Below the pieces are notes generated by a model. It was not told the origin of the DNA. It saw only the letters and a list, made by a program, of their open reading frames with translations, and did not search any database. The translations under genes and the position numbers were made by a program. Positions 50,875 through 63,907 of a DNA stretch of 64,000 nt are shown piece after piece. The DNA comes from Octopus bimaculoides (Eukaryota): NCBI RefSeq assembly GCF_001194135.2, contig NC_069000.1:45615883-45679882 (forward strand). The letters are read 5' to 3'. Numbering within the stretch: position 1 is the stretch's first letter; the number at the start of each line of letters is the position of its first letter.

Positions 50875-51259
50875 CATACATTCATATATATACATACATA
50901 TATATATTCATATATATATATATATATATATACATACATATATATATATATATACATATATATATTCATATATATATATATNNNNNNNNNNNNNNNNNNN
51001 NNNNNNNNNNNNNNNNNNNNNNNNNNNNNNNNNNNNNNNNNNNNNNNNNNNNNNNNNNNNNNNNNNNNNNNNNNNNNNNNNNNNNNNNNNNNNNNNNNNN
51101 NNNNNNNNNNNNNNNNNNNNNNNNNNNNNNNNNNNNNNNNNNNNNNNNNNNNNNNNNNNNNNNNNNNNNNNNNNNNNNNNNNNNNNNNNNNNNNNNNNNN
51201 NNNNNNNNNNNNNNNNNNNNNNNNNNNNNNNNNNNNNNNNNNNNNNNNNNNNNNNNNNN

Positions 51260-51307
<48 letters not shown>

Positions 51308-51609
51308 TCCAATAACAGTCTAAGACAGATATTTGGGATACACTCTGATAAGATCTTTGATTTTATCATTATAAGAGTAGGAAATGGTTCTAAAAGTAGA
51401 TGTCCTCATTATTTATATGAGTAGATGGTACGCATCTCATCACAATCTTAGCATCGGGTTAACGTGAGATCCACTAAAAGTCGATATATGCTGTCGTCTG
51501 TAAAACATTTATCTTACCAGATAATGTCGACTGGTGATTCATAATGGACGACTGAAAAGCAGGCAAACAGAGTGACTCAAATCAACTGTCACTGCTCTAC
51601 GTGCATGCA

Positions 51610-51662
<53 letters not shown>

Positions 51663-51830
51663 GTATGTATGTATGCATGTATGTATGTATGGGGTGCATC
51701 AGCTGCACCGGAACTGAAACCGAATCTGAGTGTTCGAAACATTACTAATCGTATCTTTATTTCTATTGTCTTTCTCTGTCTTTACGCATACAGCAACATT
51801 ATATACTATATGTATGTGTGTGCATTTGTC

Positions 51831-51876
<46 letters not shown>

Positions 51877-51886
51877 NNNNNNNNNN

Positions 51887-51918
<32 letters not shown>

Positions 51919-52424
51919 ATATATTTATATATATACTGTTTTATGTGATTTCATTACGATATTACTCAGATGTGCTACTAAAGTTTTTTGTAGGCATTTA
52001 TTTGTACTCCTTTTAGAGTACAAATATAATCTGTAACTGTTTCATTATGCACAAACAAATCGGCCCTTCTGATAAAGATTGTGAAGAGCCTTTCGATAGA
52101 ACAGACTGCCTTGACAGGCACTCGTAGTTGTTGGGTTTGACATAATCTCGTCTAAACAGGAGACAATGAAGTGTCTTTCCGGAAACTTAAGCAACACGTT
52201 TGTTATCTTAAGTACTGTAAAGATCACATCTAAGTCTAGAGAAAACATTGAGACTTCTCTATTTATCGAATGTAGAATTTCAGTGAAGTTAGAATTGTTC
52301 GTGGAGGTTATGTTAATCTATCGTTATTTTGCTATGTTGCATGTCTGGCTACTTGTGTTGTTTCTGTTCGCTCATTGTCGCTTTGTTTAAGCAAATTATG
52401 TCGTGAGTGTATCCTACTCTTTTA

Positions 52425-52620
52425 TTTTGTGTTTGTCCCCACCCACCATTTGACAACCGGTGTTCGTGTGTTTACGTCCTCATAATTTAGCGGTTCGGCA
52501 AAAAAGTTGCAATAACTACTGAGCTTTAAAAAGTAATTCCTGGAGTCAAGTTGTTCGACTAAAGAAACTTTAAAGTGGTGTGACAGCATGGCCGCAGTCA
52601 TATAACTTTAAAAAAGTAAA
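52425..52620 (+). mobile_element. SINE family B 3' half
   Basis: TGTGTTTGTCCCC..TTGACAACCGGTGTT..TTAGCGGTTCGGCAAAA..CAGCATGGCCGCAGTCA..AAAAGATAAAAG. Confidence 0.85.
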
Positions 52621-52779
52621 AGATAAAAGATAAAGATATATATATATATATGTATGTATATATAAAAGATATGTATATGTATGTATGTGTGNNNNNNNNN
52701 NNNNNNNNNNNNNNNNNNNNNNNNNNNNNNNNNNNNNNNNNNNNNNNNNNNNNNNNNNNNNNNNNNNNNNNNNNNNNNN

Positions 52780-52845
<66 letters not shown>

Positions 52846-53339
52846 TATATATATATATATATATATATGCACCCATACACACTCACTTGTATACATGCAG
52901 TGTGAGAGTCTGTATATGTTATGTGTAAACACAAATACACACACACACACATACACATACAGAGAGCCAATGGGACACAGGACATTTGTGTGTGTGTGTG
53001 TGTGTGTGCGTGTGTGTGTGTGTGCGTGCGCGTGTGTGCATGTGTGTGTAAGTTTATACAGACAACATACGTGTGTCGACGCGTTGCGACACTTTTCTCG
53101 ATTTCAAATTACCTTTGTACTTTTTATTGTCGCATTAATAATGGTGTTGGGAAATGAAAAGTCATTAACACAGCCGTCCATTTGTCGGAGCCGTTAAATT
53201 AAATTATTCTGTTTGACCCATGGATGGATATTGCAGTTGTAAATAAGTCACAAACCTACCGAGATTAAATATCATCAGAATTACATTTCACCTGAGCATT
53301 TTTTAATTAATGCAAATCCTTATCTCTCACCTTGTTCCT

Positions 53340-53986
53340 TGCCCCCCCCCCCACCTTCTAATCCCGTCCTCTCACTTTCTTCGCTTTTAATCCCTACTTC
53401 TCTTTATTTCTCTCCCTCTCTCTCTATCTCTCTCTCCTCTCTCTATCTCTCTCTCTCTTACCCTCTCCATTTCTCTCTCTGTATCTGCTGTCTCTCTCTT
53501 CGATTGATTTCATTGTGACAATCCCTGGAGCAACTGCCTGCCGTCGCTTCCTGTCCAAACGTCGCCATTATTTACTCTTCCCCCGCCTGCTTCCACTCCT
53601 CTTCCCTCCACTTTTTCCCCCACAGCAATCTCCCTGTTTTGTTAACTCTTACCCCTCTCTCTTCTTCTCTACCCCCTCCTTTTTTCTCTGTGTGTCTCTC
53701 AGTCACCCACCATTACTCGCAACCTATTTCTACCCCTCACCCACCCTATTGGTCACTCACTCTCTCACTCTTTCTCGTTCTCTCTCTACACCTCCATCTC
53801 CCGCCTCTCTTCCTATATATCTTTTCCTCCCACTCCTTCCTTCCTCCCTATCTTTCTGTCTCTCATTCTTTCTCAGTCTGTCGTTCTCCCTCTCTTTTTC
53901 CCCACTCTTCTTTTCTTCTCCTTTTCTTTCTATCTTTCTCTTTCTCTCCCTTTTGTACACACACCAGAGCCCCCTTTCTGTCTCAT

Positions 53987-54033
<47 letters not shown>

Positions 54034-54200
54034 CTCACTTTCTTCCTTTCTTTTCTCTCGTTTCCTCCCCGTGGCTTCTCTCCCTTCTTCCCTCTCTCTC
54101 TCTCATTTCTTCTCTCTTTCCCACAACTTATCCTCCGATCCCTCCCTCTATCCCTCATCTCATCCATATCTCCCATCACCCACAACTCCATAACATCGCT
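53340..54200. repeat. Long polypyrimidine (CT-rich) low-complexity tract
   Basis: Direct reading; it explains the S/L/F-rich and E/R/K-rich spurious ORFs. Confidence 0.95.
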
Positions 54201-54869
54201 GTCCACCTTACTCCCACTCCACCTCAATCCATTACATCAACACCACCACCACCACCACCACTACAACCACCACCATGACAGCAGTCTACATGCCATGGCT
54301 GCAACAGTTATCACGGACAACAGCAGACTGTCCGTTCTGCTGTCGACTATTATTATTATTACTATTATTATTATTATCATTATTACACCGCCAGAGTTCA
54401 GTGGACACCTGTGACAACGGTCAGTTTTACATTCTTACTTTCTGTTTTATCACCGCTCGACCAGGGCCCATCCCAGCCTCTTTTAGGACTTTCATCGCTT
54501 TCATCTTTTGCATCGCTTCCATCATTCTTCTTCCGCTCACATTCATTCAAACTTGTCTTATATATATATATATATATATATNNNNNNNNNNNNNNNNNNN
54601 NNNNNNNNNNNNNNNNNNNNNNNNNNNNNNNNNNNNNNNNNNNNNNNNNNNNNNNNNNNNNNNNNNNNNNNNNNNNNNNNNNNNNNNNNNNNNNNNNNNN
54701 NNNNNNNNNNNNNNNNNNNNNNNNNNNNNNNNNNNNNNNNNNNNNNNNNNNNNNNNNNNNNNNNNNNNNNNNNNNNNNNNNNNNNNNNNNNNNNNNNNNN
54801 NNNNNNNNNNNNNNNNNNNNNNNNNNNNNNNNNNNNNNNNNNNNNNNNNNNNNNNNNNNNNNNNNNTAT

Positions 54870-55126
54870 CGTTGCTATTATGCAAAAGTGTCGTAAGTCC
54901 AAGACGTTGCGCTTTCAGAAAACAAACAAATAGTTTCACCATTCCATAGCAAAACCGTTGTGCTACACTTTGACAATTTTTGATATCTTGGCATCTGAAG
55001 CAGCTGGAGATACGATAGTTTGACCGAAAGAACCCGCTGTTGCAAGCATAAATAAATATTGAAAAAAAAAGAAAAGAACGTATTTGGCCAAATTTGGACA
55101 TACGACAATTTAACATAATAGCAACG
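54870..55126. mobile_element. MITE with about 35-bp TIRs inserted in (TA)n
   Basis: CGTTGCTATTATGCAAAAGTGTCGTAAGTCCAA is an inverted match of TTGGACATACGACAATTTAACATAATAGCAACG. Confidence 0.8.
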
Positions 55127-55127
55127 C

Positions 55128-55160
<33 letters not shown>

Positions 55161-55303
55161 AAATCAGTTACTGTTATTAAAATCAAGGGTACGTAGCGTT
55201 CCATTAATTAATAAGGTTAAAAAAAATACATATAATAAATGCACAAACAAACGGAAAACAGACACAGATGGTCACAGAACTCCTCCTTAGTTATCCGCTG
55301 GAG

Positions 55304-55613
55304 CAGTGGTTCCCAAATTTTTCGGACTGCCGCCCTCTTGACACCCAGGCCACGTTCCTACCGTCTCCACCCCGACTAAACATCACAAACATAGATCCCT
55401 TTCTAAAGCAAATTCAAAGCAACTGCATTTCACAAACAAAAACTTAACCTAATGAACCCATTACTTTGTTGTTTTTACATCAATTTCCAGTCCGTTATCG
55501 CTCCAACTCTTACATGGATCACTACCCCATCATCGCCTCACTTTTCTTCAACGTCCCCTTGGAACTTTCCACCGTGCTCAGGGGAAAAATACTGCCCACT
55601 TTGGGAACCACTG
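55304..55613. mobile_element. hAT (Charlie-like) non-autonomous element
   Basis: TIRs CAGTGGTTCCCAAA / TTTGGGAACCACTG and a diverged 8-bp TSD, CGCTGGAG / TGCTAGAG. Confidence 0.9.
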
Positions 55614-56857
55614 TGCTAGAGGGTCAAATGCATTTTCGCGCCTTTAACGATAAATAGCGTTTGACCCTCCGGCCGATAACTGATGAGGTGTTGGTGATCT
55701 ACTGTGTCTGTTTTCCGTTTGTTTGGGCATTCACTATGATTTTTTTTACCTTGTATATATATATATATAGAGAGAGAGAGATAGGTAAGGCATCATTTTC
55801 CATTGGCATTACTCCTACACATGTTTTGGTGTTGTCTCATAGTCATAAGGCCTTTTATTTTTGTTAGTACATTTATATTTGTACCAACTACTTGTGTCGT
55901 TTGTTTGTTTTCGTCATCGTTCTTTACTGTTTGCTCTGTTATTTCCAACAGTTTTTTTTGCTGTTGACGCCACCAAAAGGAACAATCTTATCGTTAAAGG
56001 CGCGAAATTGTTATGGTTTTGGGATGATCACTGATGAGGGAAGAGACTGTCTGCGTCTTGGGCGCGAATTTTCTGTTTGTTCCTTTGGTGTCCTTCTGTG
56101 CAATTTTTGAATCTTATCACACACAAATACACACTCACATGTATGTACGTACGTACGTACGTACGTATGTATGTATGTATGTATGTATGTATGTATGTAT
56201 GTATGTATGTATGTATGTGTCTGTCTACGTACGTATGTATGTATGTCTCCTCAGTCATATTTTATGTTATACATTTATTGCCATCTCTTTGCTTTTGAAT
56301 GTAAAGCAGTTGTTTTTATAGTNNNNNNNNNNNNNNNNNNNNNNNNNNNNNNNNNNNNNNNNNNNNNNNNNNNNNNNNNNNNNNNNNNNNNNNNNNNNNN
56401 NNNNNNNNNNNNNNNNNNNNNNNNNNNNNNNNNNNNNNNNNNNNNNNNNNNNNNNNNNNGGTGGTGGTTGTCGCTGCTGTTGTTGTCAGTGTTACTGTCG
56501 TTGCAAAAGAACAATAATTATTCAAGACGGAGGCAATCATTATTAATGTTTCCGACAACCTCCACCACCGTCGCTTATGTTGTCGTTGTTGCTGTTGTTG
56601 TTGTTGTCGCCGCCGCCGTCGATATTGTGATTGTCGTTGTGCTTGTTGTCATTATCTTCCATCTTTTACTTGTTTCAGTCATTAGACTACGGTCATGCTG
56701 GAGCACCGGCTTGAAAAAGTTTTAGTCGAATGAATTGACCCACTAATTTACGGAGACGTAACACACTAACACCAAGGAGACTCACATACACATATACATC
56801 TGTCTACCTATCTATCTATCTATCTTTCGCTTTCTCTCTCTCTCTATCTCTCTCTCT

Positions 56858-56898
<41 letters not shown>

Positions 56899-57417
56899 NN
56901 NNNNNNNNNNNNNNNNNNNNNNNNNNNNNNNNNNNNNNNNNNNNNNNNNNNNNNNNNNNNNNNNNNNNNNNNNNNNNNNNNNNNNNNNNNNNNNNNNNNN
57001 NNNNNNNNNNNNNNNNNNNNNNNNNNNNNNNNNNNNNNNNNNNNNNNNNNCTCGGCTCTCTTTTCTGCTTCTCCCCAGTTAGATCCTTGCTTTTTCTTGC
57101 ACATTCTTTTCGGATTTTGCATCGTGTCATAAGTTTACCCGAGAGAAGGCCTTCCTCATTCAGATCTTATTAACTTCAAATTGATCTTCTGGCACTTTTT
57201 CGTTTCTCTAGGCCGTATTCAAACCGTTTATTTTATTTGAACTACCTCTGTCCAGGGGTAGTTCATATTATTCGGTCATGTACCCTTTAATCTGTCCAGT
57301 TGGGAGCCTTTCTAGGAACTTGTGTTTCGCTGACACAGGCCAAAGGATCATTGAGACAGACAGGCCAGCACATCACAAAAGGGACTGGATCTTGTGATAG
57401 ATATATACATATATACA

Positions 57418-57735
57418 TTAACTGGTCCTCCGTCGATTACGACGACGTGTGTTCTAGTTGATCCGATTAACGGAACAGCCTGCTTGTGAAATCAACGTTC
57501 AAGTGTTTGAGTACTCCATGGACAACCGTACTCTTAATGTAATTCTCAGGGAGGTTCAGTGTGACAAACCGAATGTGAGAAGGCTGGCCCCTTTGAAATA
57601 CGAGTATTACTCATTTTTGCCAGCTGAGTAGACTGCAGCAACATTAAATAAGATGACTTGCTTAAGGGCACAACGCATTGCTGGGAATCGAACTCGCTAT
57701 CTTATGATCGTGACTCGCATACCGTAATCACTAGC
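57418..57735 (-). mobile_element. SINE family C, near full length
   Basis: Minus strand: tRNA-like head (CGAGTTCGATTCCCAGC), then GCAAGTCATCTTATTT..CAGCTGGCAAAAATGAG..GTCGTCGTAATCGACGGAGGACCAG. Confidence 0.85.
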
Positions 57736-57784
57736 CTGTTGTGATTATTTTTATTGTTGTCATATTTTATGTCGCTGTAAGGTA

Positions 57785-57980
57785 ACAAGCTAGAAGAATC
57801 TTTAGCAACACCGGACTAAATACTTCGTAATGTTTCGTCCGTCTTTCTGTGTTGAGCTCAAATGTCGCCGAGGTTGACTTTGCCTTTCATCCTTTCGAAA
57901 TCGATAAAATTAGTACCAGCTGCGTACTGGTGTCGACGTCATCGACTAAATCTCTCCCCACCAAATTCCAGGCCTTGTGA
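57785..57980 (+). mobile_element. SINE family A
   Basis: GAGCTCAAATGTCGCCGAGGTTGACTTTGCCTTTCATCCTTTCG..CCAAATTCCAGGCCTTGTG. Confidence 0.85.
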
Positions 57981-58029
57981 CATGCTGCTTGTTGTTATGG
58001 TTACTGTTGTTAGAGTTTCCTTTACAGAG

Positions 58030-58088
<59 letters not shown>

Positions 58089-58421
58089 TGCCATTATTGT
58101 TGAAATAATCTCATCCCTGTAGTCGTAGTCGTAGTTGTTGTCCCCTGGGTAAAGTCCCGTGACATATTTCGATTTGTTTTGTTTCTTTCTGAGTTCAGCT
58201 CTCTCCCTGATCAATTTAACCTTTTGTGCCCCACCCTGGGGTTAGTTCAGTAAAGTACGTATAGGTGTTCATACACGTGATGGTTGACTCCTTTAAGCTG
58301 TGTGACCTGGTAAATAATGTTGATATTCTTGTTGATGATGTTAAATGCCTTTTATAGAAAACCGTTACCCTTGAAGAAGACCTGCACCAAACCCTAATAA
58401 CCAATATTGCGATGACAACTT

Positions 58422-58505
58422 ACACGGACATATGGCGTAGTGGTCAAGAGCGCGGGCTACTAACCCCAAGATTCCGAGTTCGATTCCAGGCAGTAACCTG
58501 GATAA
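58422..58505 (+). mobile_element. tRNA-like element (SINE head or tRNA pseudogene)
   Basis: A box TGGCGTAGTGG and B box GAGTTCGATTCC; anticodon arm GCGGG-CTACTAA-CCCCA is imperfect. No convincing acceptor stem. Confidence 0.6.
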
Positions 58506-59219
58506 TACTAAGCCTTGAATTCATCTTTATCTGCATGGCACCCTCTCTTTATCTGCTTATTTGTTATTTGTTAGTATTAGGAGCCACAATAGATCGATAG
58601 TTCGGGATTCTTGACATTCATCCGGGTTGTGTGATTTAGAGTCAAAATGTTCCTTAAATAGTTTTTACAAAATTGAGGTACTTTATCTATATCTGTATCT
58701 ATGGTAGTCTCTCTCTTCATATGTTCATCTTTTATTCCTGACATTACTTCTGGGCTCTGTGAAGATTTAGTGTTAAAATGCTTTTTAAAAATACAATCTT
58801 TCCAAAACTAAGGTACCACATCTATATCAGCGTGTATGGTACCCTCTTTTATATGGCATGGTACCCTGTTCTGTATGCGTGTATGGTACCCTGTATTGAT
58901 CTTTTCCTGCTCTGTACATGTTTATGTTCTTCGTTTCATCGACGGACGTGAAAATTTTTTTTTTTTCTTGAATTCAACTTTTGCTTCTTCCCTTTTGTCT
59001 TGTAAATTCCTGTTGTCTTGGAATTCTAACAACAGTTTTGCCTTATTTTTTTAGTCTTATGTACCATTTTGCTTCTGGCTTATTCCACGTTTCTCTTATT
59101 TGATGGTTCGCTACTTACCAAAAATATCTATAAGAAATGATAAAACCATCACTTGTTTTCCAGCTTCCAAATCGTTGTTGTTCCCTCCGTTGTTTTGTTT
59201 GTTGCTCTTCTCAAACACG

Positions 59220-59266
<47 letters not shown>

Positions 59267-59614
59267 CATCGACGTCAGTCATTTCTGCATGTATGCTTTT
59301 TTTTCCTTTGAAACATATTTCAAGTTGTTTCCTTTTCCGAATTTAAAAGATTGGCAGAGCTCTTTTTTCTAAGTCAAGATAGCTCTTGGGATTTATGGTT
59401 TGGTTAATGTAATCATATATGAGTTGGCAGTGGTGCCCTTCTATGTGTGTGTTGTGCTTATGTGTACGTGAGTATAGACTTAGACTCGGAGGTGTACGTA
59501 ACGCGATAGAATGTAACTGCGATTACATGCATTTGTTCATCGAGGACCACCAGATGGAGAATTCCTGAAATATTTTACGAATTTTCGCTGTTTTTCTGAT
59601 CGAGTGTATGTATG

Positions 59615-59648
<34 letters not shown>

Positions 59649-59720
59649 TGTATGTATGTATGTATGTATGTATGTATGTATGTAGACAGACAGATAGATA
59701 GATAGACAGACAGACAGATG

Positions 59721-59773
<53 letters not shown>

Positions 59774-60499
59774 TTAAATAAAACAAAAAGATGATGGTTT
59801 GCCTCGGGAAAGTTGTATTATTTGGAAAAAGTGGAAGAATGAGTAAAAATATTGGCATGCTTGAGAAGTGGAGGTTTTCGGTGTTTTGGACAGAGTCCTT
59901 CAATAACTGAGATATATATATATATATATATATATATANNNNNNNNNNNNNNNNNNNNNNNNNNNNNNNNNNNNNNNNNNNNNNNNNNNNNNNNNNNNNN
60001 NNNNNNNNNNNNNNNNNNNNNNNNNNNNNNNNNNNNNNNNNNNNNNNNNNNNNNNNNNNNNNNNNNNNNNNNNNNNNNNNNNNNNNNNNNNNNNNNNNNN
60101 NNNNNNNNNNNNNNNNNNNNNNNNNNNNNNNNNNNNNNNNNNNNNNNNNNNNNNNNNNNNNNNNNNNNNNNNNNNNNNNNNNNNNNNNNNNNNNNNNNNN
60201 NNNNNNNNNNNNNNNNNNNNNNNNNNNNNNNNNNNNNNNNNNNNNNNNNNNNNNNNNNNNNNNNNNNNNNNNNNNNNNNNNNNNNNNNNNNNNNNNNNNN
60301 NNNNNNNNNNNNNNNNNNNNNNNNNNNNNNNNNNNNNNNNNNNNNNNNNNNNNNNNNNNNNNNNNNNNNNNNNNNNNNNNNNNNNNNNNNNNNNNNNNNN
60401 NNNNNNNNNNNNNNNNNNNNNNNNNNNNNNNNNNNNNNNNNNNNNNNNNNNNNNNNNNNNNNNNNNNNNNNNNNNNNNNNNNNNNNNNNNNNNNTATAT

Positions 60500-60765
60500 A
60501 TGACTTGTTCAAGAGAAAGTGGTAGTGCTCTACATGTCTGTTTGTTACATTGTAATGAGGACTTTTCCAAGAATTTTTACTGATGCCTTGCAGGCATATC
60601 TTCTTCTGTGCTGCATCTACTTGACCCAGGTTAAGGTCAGTCTTTTCAAGCTTTGTTCCCAGATGTTCCTCTCTGTTCTGAATGTCCCAACAATAGTCAA
60701 AAACATTATGGTTTTGTTAACTTCTCTATTGAAATACTTGAGGATTTCACTCTTCTGCTCGGTAT
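60500..60765 (-). mobile_element. R4/Dong-like LINE 3' end remnant
   Basis: Minus strand ..EILKYFNREVNKT..TIVGTF..KASVKILGKVL*, resembling the GALG/ILRKVL terminus. Confidence 0.55.
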
Positions 60766-61189
60766 AATACTAAACCTTTATCTATCTTTGTTTCATTTTA
60801 CTTAGGTGAAAATTGATGTGCCACGAAGATTGCAATAGAACTTTATCTTTTTGCTCAACGTCTGCGATATTCGAGGTTTTGAGTTGTATCCTTGTGTAAG
60901 AAAATCCCACAACAACCGCACTTCGTAGTTTTGGACAGCTTGAATTTTTATTCCTAGAAAATGATTATAGCTTTTTCTGTGCCTGAAAAAGTAACTTTTC
61001 TGAAAAATTCCAGTGCATTGTTGCAGAAACCACAGATATTAAAAATGCCCCGAACAGAGTATTGACTTATAAAAACGTTTATTATAGTTTATAGTATATT
61101 ACGGTTGCATAACGAAATACCGCGTACCTACAAGTCATTAACATTTTTATTATTATCATTCGGTAGATCTATTCTAATACTTTTTCTCT

Positions 61190-61885
61190 GAGTTTCCCCG
61201 TTTCATCTATATCATTGCAGAATTTTCGATTCGGAAAGTCATGCCAATGTCTTAACTAAATTCCTTACTGCATGCACTCAGGAACTCAATTGGTTTTTAT
61301 CTTTGGCACAAAAGCTTACATCCTTACTTTGTTTAGTAAACTCAACAAAGGATTCTGCGCAATTACACACAAGACGGGAGAAAAGTTGTCGCCTTGAAAT
61401 ACCTTTTTATCTGCATCACAGCTAAGCTTTCCTTTCTTGGTGTTAGCTCTACGCTCCAATGGCGCTATGCGTATTTTTAGCAGACATATAAACTTTTTCA
61501 ATATCTCGAAGATCCACGAGTGTTGGACTAGATCGAATACTTTTCCATGATCGATAAAAACAATGCACAAATTAGTCGATCTTGGCCTGCAATTTCCCAA
61601 GATCATCTTGTTGATCATTAATTAGTTCTTCGGTCTTCTGCTCTATTTATTTCAGATGTTCTGTTCACCATGCATAAGTATTTCTTATGTAGGTGTTGAT
61701 ATACCTCTTCCGCAATTAACCCTGTTAAGAGTTTTCTCGTAATTAGCAGACACGTAATTGGCCTGTAATTTGAGGCAGCATTTCCTTCAATTTGTTTGAA
61801 GGAAATCCTTGGATAGGAACTCTTTTAATTATATCACCATGGTTTCATGGAAGGTCGTAAACCCATTTATCCAGTACTTATGGAC
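61190..61885 (-). mobile_element. R4/Dong-clade LINE reverse transcriptase fragment
   Basis: SNYRPITCL..MINKMILGNCR..NLCIVFIDHGKVFDLVQHSWIFEIL..VFQGDNFSPVLCVIAQNPL (RT domains 2-4). Confidence 0.9.
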
Positions 61886-61898
61886 TTATTATTATTAC

Positions 61899-61924
<26 letters not shown>

Positions 61925-61929
<5 letters not shown>

Positions 61930-62232
61930 ATAGAAAGGATTGAGGTAACTCCTCCTGAAGATATAGAGTCAAAATTAAAAGAAGAGTGCCATTTGCTATC
62001 TTGTGAACAATATTTCGACATCTCGCGTGTCTTCCATTTGCTATCTTCAGGAGGAGTTACCTCAATCCTTTCTATATTAACCAAAATGAAGTAGATTGAC
62101 AAATTTATTTTTTGAACCAGTGGAAGACACGCGAGATGTCGAAATATTGTTCACAAGATAGCAAATGGCACTCTTCTTTTAATTTTGACTCTATATCTTC
62201 AGGAGGAGTTACCTCAATCCTTTCTATATTAA
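61925..62232. repeat. Perfect 112-bp inverted duplication with nested partial third copy
   Basis: 61925-62036 is the exact reverse complement of 62121-62232. 62042-62080 repeats the reverse complement of the first 39 bp. Confidence 0.92.
62113..62153 (+). ncRNA. Degenerate minimal type I hammerhead-like motif
   Basis: TGAAC-CAGTGGA-A-GACA/CGCGAGA/TGTC-GAAA-TAT-T-GTTCA: 5-bp stem I, 4-bp stem II and palindromic AATATT. Two core deviations (U4A, A6U). Confidence 0.45.
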
Positions 62233-62389
62233 CTTTTTGCCTTCCTTCTTGACTATTCGTGGGTCAAAGGGGCGAAACGAGTGAAATAAAGTTGGTTGAC
62301 TATGTATATGCTAACATATTCGTAAACACATCGTAATATAATTAGTATCCTTTGCATTGGAACTTGAATGGTTACCGAAAAATATTTCG

Positions 62390-62810
62390 AAATGTTGGAC
62401 GATAAGTAAAGTCATGAAGAAGAGAATCAAAGCTGCAGAAATGTGGTTTTATAGAAAAATGCTTAGAATTTATCTCGTGGGTCAAGAGGGTGACGAATGT
62501 GAAAGTATTGAAGGAGATGAAAGCGAAGAGATAGTTGATGGATACTAGCAGAGAGAGAGAGAGAGTGGAGATTTGTTGGTCATTTTCTCGGAGAGGATGA
62601 CGGAACGGGACGTCACATGGATGAGACTGAGCTGGTGGGAAGGAGAACGAGAGGAAGGCAGAGAATGAAGATGTCCGACTGGATGAAGAAGAGAGTGAAC
62701 GTGCAGAGCGAAAAGGACCTGGGCGATGTTGCGAGAGACAGAAATAAATGGAGGAGGAACAAGCCATGATTCGTCGAAGGCATGAATATGCCACGACACA
62801 AGAGAGAGAG
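62390..62810 (+). mobile_element. RTE-clade LINE 3' end
   Basis: CWTISKVMKKRIKAAEMWFYRKMLRI(S)WVKRVTNVKVL..FVGH..GRRTRGRQRM..VARDRNKWR, followed by a (GA)n tail. Confidence 0.92.
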
Positions 62811-63550
62811 AGAGAAGGAGAGAGAATACATAAGATACATCATTTAGTTTCTTAGGGTTTTTTCTGTTTATACACGTATGTTAGTATCGTTGTATTTGTC
62901 ATTATAGTCATTACCTTCTCATTCATTATTATAAAATGAACATCAAGCTTATCCTTACAGGATAAGCTGCATACACTGTTATTAATGTTATAAACTAGTT
63001 TCCAAAGATTATCTGAGGATAGTCTAGTTTATACGAATATACTGCAATTTCTCGTTAACTTTTCCATACCTGCGGTAATTACAAGTATAGATAAGGAATT
63101 AATTATGCTTTGATCCGCTGATCCTACGATCCTAAATATGAACAAGTTAAACTCCTTTCTCAGAGTATACCTTCAATGATTCGTCTATCATCACAGAAAA
63201 GACCAAAACACGCGAACCAACGGTGAAAATAAATAATTACAAAATTCTGTAAGATTACTCTTAGCTTTTTTTTTATGAGGATGACTATTAATAAATAATA
63301 AATAATTTCTGACTTCTGAGATAATCGGATGAGACCAAGCTTCAAATGACTTAAGCTGATGTTTGTTTCATCATGAAAATACAGGTTGATACAGGTCGCA
63401 CACTCACAGACGTTTACTGTTTAATCTATCACTTCATAACTGTCCTATCAAAGTAGAAACATTCCTTTTTTTTCTGTTCTCGTTGGTCACCTGGTCTTTA
63501 TTTTCCAGTTATACATCTATTGATAGATATAATTTCTTCTTTTCTTGCAG

Positions 63551-63615
63551 GCAGAGCCTCTTCTTTTGATCATCAGGAGGCAAAGATCGTTTTACGGTTG
63601 CTCAGAAGACATTGA
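63551..63615 (+). CDS. Candidate terminal coding exon of an unidentified gene
   Basis: Strong acceptor TTTCTTCTTTTCTTGCAG; frame (G)RASSFDHQEAKIVLRLLRRH*; AATAAA at 63804-63809. No homolog recognised. Confidence 0.25.
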
Positions 63616-63907
63616 CAACCATTATTTTCTGTTATTTTTTTCTGTGAACACAACAGATATTTTATTTACATTATTTACATTTGACGGATATTCGTCCTCA
63701 TCTTGTTTGTTGTTAACACGTTTCGGCTGATATTTTCAGCCTGCAGTTTACGTTTGTTTAATCGTTCTTTGTTTTATTGTGAATTTAAAAAAATATTTAT
63801 ACAAATAAAAAGATTTAAAATTTTCTAGTCAATCCACTTCACTTCAGTGACTGATGGCTACTTATATTATTAATCAGAGACCTGATAAAATATTAAACTG
63901 ACTATAA

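Noticed and set aside
52045-52248. Minus-strand 67-aa ORF
   Set aside because: No recognisable domain, and the length is compatible with chance.
58422-58505. Functional tRNA gene
   Set aside because: The anticodon stem is imperfect, there is no acceptor stem and the ACT anticodon is atypical. It is better explained as a SINE head or pseudogene.
58812-58895. Repeated ATGGTACC words with roughly regular spacing (CRISPR-like look)
   Set aside because: The units are short and irregular, in eukaryotic context with no cas genes; this is a degenerate minisatellite.
59870-59910. Further hammerhead-like remnant (TTATTGA-A-GGAC/TCT/GTCC-AAAA) on the minus strand
   Set aside because: Only stem II is intact; the core and GAAA are too degenerate to call.
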